Part shown: piece by piece, positions 12,370 to 64,000 of the stretch
Layout: each line of letters begins with the position of its first letter
How positions within the stretch are numbered: position 1 is the stretch's first letter
Source: Octopus sinensis
Taxonomy: Eukaryota
Direction: 5' to 3'
Length of the DNA: 64,000 nt
Assembly: GCF_006345805.1 (NCBI RefSeq)
Contig: NC_043006.1
Location: 59,396,001-59,460,000, forward strand
Notes under the pieces: model-generated
Told to the model about the DNA's origin: nothing
Seen by the model: only the letters and a program-made list of their open reading frames with translations
The model's database searches: none
Position numbers and translations under genes: made by a program

Positions 12370-12750
12370 TCTTTTACTTGTTCCAGTCATTTGACTGTGG
12401 CCATGCTGGAGCACCGCCTTTAATTGAGGAAATCCACCCCCAGGACTTATTCTTTGTAAGCCTAGTACTTATTCTATCGGTCTCTTTTGCCGAACCACTA
12501 AGTTACGGCGGCGTAAACACACCAGCATCGGTTGTCAAGCGATGTTGGGGGAACAAACACAGACACTCAAAGATACACACACACACATACATATATATAT
12601 ACATATATACGACGGGCTTTTTTCAGTTTCCGTCAACCAAAATCCACTCACAAGGCTTTAGTCGGCCCGAGGCTATAGTAGAAGACACTTGCTCAAGATG
12701 CCACGCAGTAGGACTGAACCCGGAACCATGTGGTTGGTAAGAAGCTACTT
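12370..12750 (-). mobile_element. 3' part of the SINE-A host of copy 2 (5' part at 14825-14861)
   Basis: Continues exactly where the head stops. Confidence 0.92.
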
Positions 12751-14824
12751 TATTTCAAAACATTTGCCATAAAGGCAGTACACAGATTAAGTTAGCTTTG
12801 CGGGCTGGACGAGGACATTAATGAAGTGAATGATAATGAAAGACAGATGATAAGGATGGGAGAAGACAAAAAGCGCCCGCCGACTTTCGCTTCTCTAAAA
12901 CATTGTTCTTTTTAAAGATAAACACAAAACGAGGTATTAAACCTCTTCAATTTTTCCAATTTTTGGACTTAGCAGTCCATTATTAATAAAAATGCAAAAC
13001 GAGGTATTAAACCTCTTCAATTTTTCCAATTTTTGGACTTAGCAGTCCATTATTAATACTAACAGTTCAATAATTACATATCGTCCTCGAAATAGCTTGT
13101 GCCCGCGCCCTCCACCATCATACACGCCTCCCTCAGAACGTAATCAAGTTCTGAGTTCGCGTCGCCCGGGACCAAGCTATAATCTTCATTGAGCTCCTTT
13201 AGCCCAAGCGTCACGTCGAACGCCACGGCCTCCACAGCTATCTGCGGAGGCCATTCGGGGTCCTGTGTGAAGGCTAAAGGAGCTCCCTTGTGGTACTCTT
13301 CCATCATTTTTTTTTCAATTTCTCCCCCTCTATAGAAGAGGACCAATACGTTCAGTTCTTTCGTTGGCGGCACAGTTCCCGCCAACGTCTGCGGCTCATG
13401 GATATCAGCCGCCCGACCTTTCTTTCTTTTTCTCCTCCTTCTTTTGGAGGAGACTGCTGACCCAGGGGACTCCATCACCAGACACGGGGGATCGCTATCC
13501 CCCTCCGCCACCTGAGCGTTCTTTGGCGAGCAGCCATTGTTGCTCGCCTGTCTCTTTCTTTTCGTGGAGGCAACCTCCTCCACGTCTTCCACCGTCTCCC
13601 CTCCAATGAGGGGGCGGCGGGCGCCTTTTCCCCTTCATGCTCCGGGGCACCACCACGGCCCCCGGGACAATTCCTCTTGATATGTCCGGGCTTCAGGCAC
13701 AGGTGACACTTGGGGGGCGTCCCCCGAGTATCACCGGGTACCTGTGCCCAGCCATTCTCAGGAAGTCCGGGAATTTCATTTCTCCCACGGCCACCGGTGT
13801 CCACAGGGTCAAAGTTGCCTTTGACCCCTCCCAGGCGACCGCGGGAGCCATTTTCACACTCAGTAGCCTGGGTCCGCTATCCCCCAGGCCTCGCCGGATG
13901 GTCTTCTCGATCCATTCCGCCTCCGTGCCCGGGGGCAGCCCACAAACCCAGGCTCTTTTTACTTTTCTCCCACAATACGAGGGGAGGAACAAAATTTCCT
14001 CTCCCTCCAGTGGCTCGCTAGCAAATCTGCTAGCTTCCTCGGGGGTACCAAACAGCAACCACACCGTTGCAAATTTACTCCCCCGAGAAATAAACTTTAT
14101 CGTTGGTAGGTGGTCCCCCAACTCTTTCTCTATGGTGCTCCTGTCGAAGAGGGCGATAGCTCACGCGACCTAGAATAGGTTCGTAGGACCACCGTCCTCT
14201 TCTCAAGACTTTCAATCCACTGCTTGGGTGGGACAACCTCCCATTCCAAAGCAGTGGTTTCTTTTGTTGCCATGATTTTGAAAAAAAGTTCAACTAAAAG
14301 TTCAAAGTCCAATAAGAAAAAAACACAATGACAGAACAGAAAGACAGAACAGAGAAAAGGACGAAGGAAGACAGTTCAAATAATGGCAACACAGTTCTGC
14401 AACTGGTAATCCTCACGAAACAGGGTACTCCTAGTTGCAGCACACTTGGTTCTCCGTGGTAAATCCAAGCACAATTGGTTCTCCGTGGTAAATCCAAGCA
14501 CAATTGGTTCTCCGTGGTAAATCCAAGCGAACAAATTAATTTTTGAGGAGGGGCTATGCCTCTTCAAAATACACAATTCTCACTAAAAGGTGAGACAATA
14601 AATACGCCAACAGGCAGAACAAATACATCCGAAGCAAGTGAAGCTTATTACGCACAGAAAAGTGTTAACACTAATTAACATTAATGCCAAAAAGTATTAA
14701 CGGCAAGCAATAAACCTCACTATGCTTCCAAAAATATCCAAAATGTCCTACCTGTTGCCGTAAAATGTTCAATAATTCACGTTAACACGTGACATTTGCC
14801 GGAGCAAAAAACAGCACGTCTGTC
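12751..14824 (-). mobile_element. ORF1-only non-LTR retroelement copy 2 (diverged subfamily), same SINE-A site
   Basis: 16-bp TSD (plus strand TGGTAAGAAGCTACTT) at 12735-12750 and 14825-14840; 5' and 3' ends homologous to copy 1; 29-bp tandem repeats in the 5' UTR (about 14445-14530). Confidence 0.9.
13074..14273 (-). pseudogene. Gag/ORF1-like protein of copy 2
   Basis: About 3 frameshifts; RYPVILGGRPP-KCHLCLKPGHIKRNC; aligns by eye end to end with copy 1. Confidence 0.85.
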
Positions 14825-15923
14825 TGGTAAGAAGCTACTTACCACACAGCCACTCCTGCGCGTATTCTTTACAAAAAAACAACAAAACAAAAAAAAAACA
14901 GATGAAACACTAAAGTCACGCCGAGAACAAATCAAATCATGCCACAAAGCAAACCTTGTGGAGTATACCAAAACAATTCTACATCATCAACTCGCCGTAT
15001 TCACACGGGTCGCATTCAGTCACCCACCTTGTAAACTTTTACTGGAGAAAAGCACTAACCTCACCCTATTCTCCAAATGAAAAACTTGAAAATGTCAACG
15101 CAAGCTTGGCTAATGTAGAAAATATCTGTTTTGAGCACTTTCTGTTGTATCCATCATACAACCAATTTCGCCATAGCTACTAGAGCAAAGAAAACTGCCT
15201 GCCCTCCCCAGTCATAGCTAGGCGGTAGGACGATCTGCACTCGGCTGAAAGTCGAATCAGTGCTGCACGCGTCACTAGTTGTTCAACAAAAATCGACATG
15301 ACAGTGATGTTCGGATGCTAGGGGGCCTAATTTTTTTTCTATTTGCTTAACCCAGGGCTACAGTTTTATTAAATGGATGAGCTGTTGAAGAATGTACATG
15401 ATAGGAGGCTTTCACTTCCAGGAATCTTCTAGGAATCTTTTATTTTCTAGGCCTGTGAATATGTATTCAAATCAACAGCTTTTCGTAATTGAGTCCTACA
15501 TGCAGAGCATTTTAACAACAGATAGATCTTCTGACCAGTGGGATGCGTCCTTCTGCAAGAAGAAGAGCAGATGCTACTTAAATGAAAACTAGAACAAGCC
15601 CAAGGACATCTCTCCACCTAAAATGAATTTACCAGGATAGCTTCCTCTTATTCCATTTCTGGTCGAGTCTTGTTCGTTATCATGAACTGGAGGTCTAGAC
15701 TGAAGCATAGACCAAGCAATTTCACCAGTTTGTCGGTTCCACAATGTTATACCGTGTTATACACTTTCCTCTCCAGGTGTTCAGCTGCAAATCCATTCAC
15801 TTGTTTGGGTTAATCTTTGCTCTTGCCAACGCCTCGCAGTTCTTTAGAATATTGTCCACCATGATTAGTAGTCTGACTCCAGCATAGTGAATCAGTCTCC
15901 ACGAATCTCCCGGACCCCAGTTC

Positions 15924-16328
15924 AAGAGAAAATTTCCTCAATACTTTTAGTACACACTAAATTGATCAGAGCTCTTCTGAAGACTAGTTTGTTATCCACC
16001 CTTATTACGATCTATCACGTCCGCTGGAAGTTGTGATAGATCGTAATAAAGGTGGATAACAAACTAGTCTTCAGAAGAGCTCTGATCGATTTAGATCTAA
16101 ACTGCGACGAAGTCATAATATACAACTTGCTTGGATGCTACCCTCAAAACACTCGGTTTGTATCCAATTTTCAGACGTTGGATTGCTTCAGTGATAAAAG
16201 GCACCAACTCTCTAATTGACTATTTCTTAGAACCACTTCAGTTTACGTGCACAGTCTCTCAAGAGAGTCTTCTCGGATCTCGTCTATATTTTGGTGTATA
16301 CTAAAAGTATTGAGGAAATTTTCTCTTT
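15924..16328. repeat. Nested inverted repeats
   Basis: 15962-16018 pairs with 16033-16089; 15924-15957 pairs with 16295-16328. Confidence 0.8.
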
Positions 16329-17065
16329 TTCCGGCAGTCACCTCCCGGATATTCCGTGGACCCAACAATTTGGAGGGGACTGAGAGGATTTAAGCACACC
16401 TATATAAGTACCAAAAAATAACTAGTGAAAGCATGGTACAGACTTACTTGAAGGTCTGGGGACTACTTACGGCTGTAGTCCTCAGCCCTTCTGCATGTCC
16501 TACGATTGCTCCTCTCACGCCTCTCTACATTCACAAACCTGAATTAAACATTCCCCCACCCCTTAAACTGCGTCACATCTGGAACACAATACATACTTTT
16601 TCTTCAACGTCTCTATCCATCTTATCAAGCTTTTAATATATCTCAATATTGCTAATAAAAAGTTTTCTTTATGATATTTGAGAGTTAGAAATGTTATTTT
16701 CATTATCGAAAAATCTTGTCAGAGAAGACAGTCTCTGCATTCCAGCATTAAAAATATACTTTATTATCCATGTTAATCGGCAGCAAAACAAATACAGGAA
16801 TAAATTGTTCAGGAAACATTATGAGAGTGTCAAAAGTATAGTTTAAAAATAGAAAAAACAACAACAAAAAACAAACAAAAAAAAACAGACTTTTATAATA
16901 CTACTTCGAAAGCAGATTTCTGTTAATAAAAGACGTAAAACCATTATAGACATTTCAGTAAACAAGTTATATCAGAATGCTGTTTTATTATCTCGAAAGT
17001 TTTGAAGTCTTTATTGCTGTGGTATGACTTGTTCTATATATATTCGAAGTTTTCTTGTTACGTTT

Positions 17066-56552
<39,487 letters not shown>

Positions 56553-57329
56553 GAATCTTGATAGCAACTTCTGTTTCTGATAATGAACTATAAAGTCAAG
56601 AACGAAAATGAGCGTAATAAATCGTCGTTTTAAAATGATAAACAGGATATCTGATTTCCATAAAACGTGTTCGTTTGATAACTAATACTATGTGCAAGAT
56701 AACTAGCTCAACCATGAGTGCTAATTATAGATTGTATAATTAGATTTGAATTTATAGTACAAGCGGTCTTAGATAAGAGAAGTGTATGAAATCATTCCTG
56801 TTGCTTCATATAGAGGCCACAGTTTCCTGAAAACAATTATACAATATAAATAATGCTTTCAAATTTTGTCACAAGGCCAGCAATTTCAGGGAAGTGGGTA
56901 AGTTGATCCCAGTGTTCAACTAGCACGTATTTTATCGATCGCGAAGGTGAAATGCAAAGTCGACGTCGGTGTAATTTGAACTCAGGAGGTAAAACCAGTC
57001 GAAATGCCGCTAAGCATTCCGCCTGGCATGATAAAAAAAGTGTTTATTATGGAAAATGTTTAAAAATCTTTCTTGTAAAGTAGCAATTTCTTTATTTTTA
57101 ATATAATTTTCATCTTTATTATATTTTATGTTACTTTGTTAAATACATTTTATAATATTTTAATCGTAGCCATACGCAAAGGCACGCAAGGTGCATATTT
57201 GTCATCTTATCACCAAGTCTAGAAGAGTTGTCCCCCTTCGCATCGATGGTATCGTCCCCTGCATAAAGCATGTTTTAAACGTGCATTAATCTTGTGAAAG
57301 CTGATGAAGATTACAACTACAGCCATTTT

Positions 57330-57810
57330 ACACCGCACATGAAAAAAAAAAAAAGATTGAGTTCGAAAGCAGTGGCAAAAGAAATTAATGATGTGGAAGG
57401 TCCTGGAACTGTCAACGGACGTGTGGCACCTAACGGAGTCAGAGGTTTCAAGGATGATTAGACCATCCTAGAAGACAAACCAATGTCGAGGAGACTATCT
57501 GTTGTGAAAGATGAGACCTTGCTTGAAATGGTTGAACAACAGCGAAGTACAAACACTCGTGCGCTGTCGGTAGAACCTGATCCTTCATAAAGCTGCATCA
57601 GTCAACACCTCCATAAGCTCGCTTCTGAACAGACGCTGCTGAGATGCTCCTTGTTAACTGAATGACAAGACTCAACGACATGTGAACATATGAAAACAAC
57701 TGCTGGCAGGTCCTTGAGACAACCGCTTTTGGCGTCGATTGTAAAGAAGGATGAAAAATGGATCTATTTTCGTAATCCAATAAGAGAAATCAGTGGCATC
57801 CTTCTGGCGA
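57330..57810 (+). mobile_element. mariner transposase relic
   Basis: Degraded EINDVEGPGTV..., LED.P..R...., DEKWIYF. Confidence 0.7.
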
Positions 57811-58006
57811 GGTTTCAAAATCTGTTCTCAAACGAGGCGTAGGAGTGGCTGTGTGGTAAGTAGCTTGCTTACCAACCACATAGTTCCAGATTTAGTCCCA
57901 CTGCGTGGCACGTTGGACAAGTGTCTTCTACTATAGCCTCGGACCGACCAAAGCCTTGTGAGTGGATTTGGTAGACGAAAACTGAAAGAAGCCCGTCATA
58001 TATATA

Positions 58007-58084
<78 letters not shown>

Positions 58085-58762
58085 TGTGTCGATGTTTGTT
58101 CCCCCACCATCGCTCGGCAACCGACGCTAGTGTGTTTACGTCCCCGTATCTTAGCGGTTCGGCGAAAGAGACCGATAGAATAAGTACTAGGCTTACAAAG
58201 AATAAGCCCTTGGGTCGATTTGCTCGACTAAAAGGCGGTGCTCCAGCATTGCCACAGTCAAATGTCTGAAACAAGTAAAAGAGTAAGTGGTTAGAAGAGA
58301 AGGACATGTTGTGTTTGGTGGAATGTCGAGTGGGTATTGCACTATGAGCTTGTCCCAGGTGGACATACTATGGACGTTAACCTTTAGATTCAACAAGTGC
58401 AGTGAGTATATAGACATTGAAAACCCGCTGGCCTGTTAATATATATATTCTTTTCTTTTATTCTTTTACTTGTTTCAGCCATTTGACTGCGATCATGCTT
58501 GAGCACTGCTTTTAGTCGAACAAATCGACCCCAGGACTTATTCTTTTTAAGTATAAGTACTTATTCTATCGGTATATTTTACCGAACCGGTAGGTTACAG
58601 GGACATAAACATACCAGCATCGGTTGTCAAGCGATGTTGGGGTACAAACACAGCAGACACACAAGTATATGCATATATCACCGTCATCACCGTGACTGAC
58701 CAGGCTATCAGATGTTGCTACACGTCGCTGGTCACAATGCGTTTCGCATATATATATGCATA

Positions 58763-58831
<69 letters not shown>

Positions 58832-60456
58832 CTACAAGAGGCTTCCAAATAGGAAAGCCTTGTGCTAGAAAGAGCAATAGAAAACTCAAACCACCAATTA
58901 AGGATAAATTCTCGAAAGGAATGAAAATTGAAAACGTTTACCATCTCTATTATTTCCCAGACCATGGCTTCTAACTATTTCCAGCAAAAAAATATTTGCT
59001 GAGGCCAGTTTTCATCAGTGGGAAAGCCTTTGAATTTCAAATATAAACACAGCCAGATCCACATGTAAAACTAACTGCCTGTATATGCTAACTTTTCAGA
59101 CCACTGCGTAGACGCAGATTATACCCGACGACAGAGAGGATGCCGGTAAAAATTTCGAACAAACTTTCCAAAGAATATTTAAATATAATAAATAACAATA
59201 GGGTGGTATGGGTGAATGCTAATACAACTACCATTTGTAGGTGATTCTCTACTATGGTGGATGACAACTTCCCACAACTCAAGCGTCAACCCTCCAACCC
59301 ACGAGTCTGGTGAGGGTTTCACGAGGTTAAAGTGCAAATCTTACTTGAAACTATTTTGGTCGCCTTTTGTGACACGCAGAGAAAACGTTGGGTCTATTGT
59401 TTGACATACCGGTCCCAATTCAGCATTAGACCAACGTGAAATAATGAAGTGCTTTTGCTTAAGGCAACAACACTCTGCCCGATTCACGGATCGAACCCAC
59501 GATCAAGTGATCATAATTGCAACATTCTAATTAACGGGTAGTGGAGGCACATAACCTAGAGGTTAGAGCAGCGGACTCGAGGTCGAGGGATTGCGGGTTC
59601 GAATCTCACACCGGGCGATGTGTGTGTTTATGAGCGAAACGACTAAGCTCCACGCGGCTCCGGCAGAAGGTAATAGCGAACTTCTGCTGACTCTTTCGCC
59701 ATAACTTTCTCTCACTCGTTCCTCCTGCATCTTGCAGCTCACCTGCGACGGACGGGCGTCCCGTCCAAGTAGGGAACCTGTACGCCAAGGAAACCGGGAA
59801 AACGACCCTTATGAGCCAGACATGGCTCGAGAAGGAACAAACAATTAACAGGTGATGCGTCTTCACATGAAATATATACCATGAAACAGTTATCCCTGGA
59901 AATACCATGCATATTGAGCACTGGATAATATGAAATAATACCAAGACGAATTAATTTTGTGATGTTCGTTCATGTTTGGCAGATGTAATGGGTTTGAATT
60001 TTGATGCTTGGTAGTTTGGCTCCTGCACAAAAAGAAAATGGAAACATTTTTCATGGTAGTGACATCTATTCAAACAGGAATGATGCGATCCTTGTTTAGT
60101 ACAACACATGCATAGTGAGCTAATGCCATCAAAAGCTGTCACATTTAAGGAAGGAATAATTTACAATATTCAACAATTTCAACATGAGAAAAAGGTCGAT
60201 AATATGTACCCTTAATGAAACAAACTATTCTTGTATGACTGCACACAATCCTACTACACACTGAACATCATCAATTATAAACTATTAACAATCATCTTAA
60301 GCTGAACATATTTCCCATCCCTCATATTGGTGAGTTCTTTAAATGTCTTCATGTCACCCTTTATACAGATGGTAGTTAAATCACTAGTAATTTTGGAAGG
60401 AGACAGCTAAAAACAAAGACAATCTCAAAATTACAATTTAGTTAATTCTGTTTCAA

Positions 60457-60704
60457 GGAATGGCAAGTTTTGGCTATGAAATAAAACTGAAATATGGAAA
60501 AGTATCAGGGTATGTAGATTTTAACACTTATGGCTCATGAGTGGCTGTGTGGTAAGTAGTTTGCTTACCAACCACAAGGTTCCGGGTTCAGTCCCACTGC
60601 GTGGCACTTTGGGCAAGTGTCTTCTACTATAGCCTCAGGCCGACCAAAGCCTTGTGAGTGGATTTCGTAGACGGAAACTGAAAGAAGCCCGTCATATATA
60701 AGTG

Positions 60705-60736
<32 letters not shown>

Positions 60737-60744
60737 GTGTGTGT

Positions 60745-60782
<38 letters not shown>

Positions 60783-61011
60783 TTTGTCCGTGTTTGTCCT
60801 CCCAACATCGCTTGACAACCGATGTTGGTGTATTTACGTCCCCGTAACCTAGCGGTTCGGCAAAAGACACCGATAGAATAAGTACTAGGCTTACAAAGAA
60901 TAAGTCCTGGGGTCGATTTGATCGACTAAAGGCGGTGCTCCAGCATGGCCACGGTCAAATGACTGAAAGAAGTAGAAGAAAGAAAAGAAAAAGAATATAC
61001 GTATATATATA

Positions 61012-61049
<38 letters not shown>

Positions 61050-61095
61050 TATATATATAATATATATATATATATATACTATATATATATATATC

Positions 61096-61145
<50 letters not shown>

Positions 61146-62312
61146 CTATATATATATATATATACGTATATATATTATATGAGCAAAGCAACAGCGAGAG
61201 TCAAAACAGTAATGACATATTCATTCCTAACCTTTACTCTTTTTCTAATTGTCAATACTTCTAACTATCTTCTAATTATCTTCCATTTTTGTAGATACAT
61301 AACTACTATCCTATAATTATAAGTATCATGTTAACATAGGCACGGTACTCAGAATTAGGTGGAGAAAAGAACAGATAACCACATTGATATGGTACCTGAC
61401 TTGCTTCCTTGTCCATGAATCTTATTATACAAGCTGTTGTTCTGTTCGAAATATAGCTGACTGTATCAGTTGTAAAGTTATACGATGACACACCTACATC
61501 TGACGATATTGAGTGTGGTCACAGTCGGTGATATAACACCGCCAGAGTTCATTAAGATGTACATTCATAATCGTCACCGGTAATTGCCGAAGTAGTTCAT
61601 AAAATTTTAATCATTGACAAAAATGATTTTTCCATCTTTAACGCTTAATTATTTCTCTTTAACCGTTTTAATTTCAACTCTACAGTTAAATACGTCAGCG
61701 GATAGCATATTGGAAATTTTACTGCCTCTGCTGCAGATACAAACGCTACCAAATTATAACTTCTGAAAGATATACAGTGTAATTTTATAAGCACACTTGA
61801 ATCGTATAGTTTTCATTTTCTCTTTTACAGATTTTACATTTTTTTTCAACCTCATATACTCGTCAACGATCCAGAAATAATCAAAGAAATTTCTGTCAAA
61901 GAGTTTGGATGGAAGCACTCCGTCGGTTACGACGACGAGGGTTCCGGTTGATCCGAATCAACGGAACAGCCTGCTCGTGAAATTAACGTGTAAGTGGCTG
62001 AGCACTCCACAGACACGTGTACCCTTAACGTAGTTCTCGGGGATATTCAGCGTGACACAGAGAGTGACAAGGCCGGCCCTTTGAAATACAGGTACAACAG
62101 AAACAGGAAGTAAGAGTGAGAGAAAGTTGTGGTGAAAAAGTACAGCAGGGATCACCACTATCCCTGCCGGAGCCTCGTGGACACAGAGAGTGACACTCAC
62201 AACGCCCGGTCTGGGAATCGAAACCGCGATCCTATGACCGCGAGTCCGCTGCCCTAACCACTGGGCCATTGCGCCTCCTGTCAAAGAGTTTGCAATATTT
62301 ACGAATAGACAC
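60457..62312 (+). pseudogene. Divergently oriented CYP paralog remnant: exon 3 (60457-60509) and exon 4 (61831-61907 + 62293-62312) split by a SINE
   Basis: GMASFGYEIKLKYGKVSG (53 nt; in-frame acceptor reads CAA, not CAG). FYIFFQPHILVNDPEIIKEISVKEF|AIFTNRH is 97 nt once the SINE and one TSD are removed. Exons 1, 2 and 5 were not found in the window. Confidence 0.85.
61908..62277 (-). mobile_element. SINE family C inserted in the CYP paralog exon 4. Related copies: about 8770-9005, 18243-18580, 19372-19688, 43788-44146, 45612-45865, 51890-52140, 59543-59845
   Basis: tRNA-like head GGAGGCGCAATGGCCCAGTGG; TSD CTGTCAAAGAGTTTG at 61893-61907 and 62278-62292. Confidence 0.92.
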
Positions 62313-62960
62313 GTGAGTTTACTTTGTAAAATTTATTTAAGACGTTTTACATTCAGCCGTGTGTCTAAACATCTTGATAAGTTTTCCTTTCCATTTTCGT
62401 CAGTTGATTTCCCTGTGTAACTTGATTTTTGTCTTTGTGTAGCAACTGTTATTTTCTGTTTGCTTACCCCTAGAAAGTACGAAAAATGACTAAATTTGTA
62501 TTCAAACTTGGATTTTGTTACATTTATTCGAATCCCAAAGAATCCCGCTCAGCACATGACTATGGTGCTCCTCCACTAATCCCGCCCGTGATCAGAGATA
62601 CACTTACTATCAGTCACTAATGGAATCAAATGTTTAGGTTAAGTAACAGAGAAGAAAGTCTGTGGTTTTGAGCAGAATATTTGCTATAACGATAATTTTG
62701 CTTCAGCAACTCAACGCTGAATCTGAAATGTAATAGAAAATAGGCCAGTTTGAAAACATTGATGTCCGGGTCTCAAAGGTAAAGTCTGAAGGGAATAGTA
62801 GTAATTTCATTTGATTTCTAGATGGAAGCAAATAAATAACACTTTCTGGCCAAAGACAACAAAAGGTAACCATCTTCTACCACAGTGTTTTCACCTGGGC
62901 GTGGATCTACAGCAGAATGGCGTAAAAGAAAAGTTTTCTTATTGAGCACAGATGATAAAT

Positions 62961-63023
<63 letters not shown>

Positions 63024-64000
63024 TCCATGTTGGAGAATTCTGTTGATAATTTTTCCTTCCCATCTTAGTCGATGTCATTTTCTGCAGTGTAGCCCATGAG
63101 TGAATGATTTTGGAGTACATTAATGTGAGATTTTGTTGCGTGTAGGATCTGAAGAATCATGCTCAAGTGATTTTGTCTTCAGAGAGGCACAAGGTCTATT
63201 TTTCTTTGGCAGAGGCTGGATGTGTAACTGAAAGATAAATCAAGGATATTTGACGTATTTGTGTATTAATGAGGGACAAAACCAAATCAAAGTGTAGAAT
63301 TTACGACTGTGAAAGATTCGGTTTTCCCGCTTTCAGTATCAGCCAATTTAGATGACTGTGAGATCCAAGAAGCGTTCGCGATTGATGACATCAACGAGGC
63401 GTATTTAGACATGAATAATTGTTTTACCATTAAATAGATACAGATTTAGCAGAAGTGTATTCCGAGGATTTGTGTATTGATCAGGCGTAATTACCGGGAA
63501 CGAAACTAACTGAATTTACGTTTGTGAAAGTTTCGTTCTTTGAACTGACGGCATCAGTATGATGGGACGTGTCATGAGAGATGACATCAACGTGGATTAT
63601 TGTGATATATAAATAAATTTCTTGCCATGATAAACATGTATTTAACATAATAATCTCATTTCTTGGACTTGATCATGATAAAGGTTCATTGAGTCAACTA
63701 AAATTTCGCTCCACACCTCTAACAATAAGTATGGTCATATCATATGTGATAGCAATAAGCATGGCCATATCATATGTGATAGTAATTGTTTAATCTTCAA
63801 TCAATGTATTGAACACGTTAGAGATAACACACGACCAACAATCAAAGCAGGCTGCTGTAACTCTATGATAATTGATTAATTTCCGGGTTGTCATCAAATA
63901 TGTAGGTTAGTTAATAATCAATTATTTGAATACTACTTATGTTTATATGATCATCGATTTCACCAACCTGAAATATGTGTCAGTAGATAATGCTAACCAA

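Noticed and set aside
14445-14530. Three 29-bp repeats as a CRISPR array
   Set aside because: Head-to-tail with no spacers; 5' UTR tandem repeats.
58961-59050. NYFQQKNI...VGKPLNFKYK as exon 2 of the CYP paralog
   Set aside because: In-frame stop, no IPGP, no donor; may be chance.

Overview
AT-rich, microsatellite- and SINE-dense animal genomic DNA, inferred to be Octopus from its repeat families. The main gene is an intact 14-exon clan-3 (CYP3A-like) cytochrome P450 on the minus strand (56552->17066, 505 aa, exons joined by hand). A divergently oriented, damaged paralog leaves exon-3/exon-4 remnants at 60457-62312, with a SINE inside exon 4. The probable 3' end of a membrane-protein gene lies at 917-4248. 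The standout observation is two full-length ~2.1 kb non-LTR-type retroelements (5474-7582 +, 12751-14824 -) that encode only a gag/ORF1-like zinc-knuckle protein and no RT. They are strongly diverged from each other, yet both sit at the same nucleotide of the tRNA-derived head of one SINE family, each with its own 16-bp TSD. This points to a SINE-targeting, ORF1-only (HAL1/Tx1-like) element. Also present: a third divergent ORF1 relic, an R4/Dong-like LINE in (CATA)n, Penelope-like relics with minimal hammerhead ribozyme motifs, hAT and mariner relics, a CR1/L2-like 3' end sharing its tail with the SINE, and foldback MITEs with TTAGGG-like cores.
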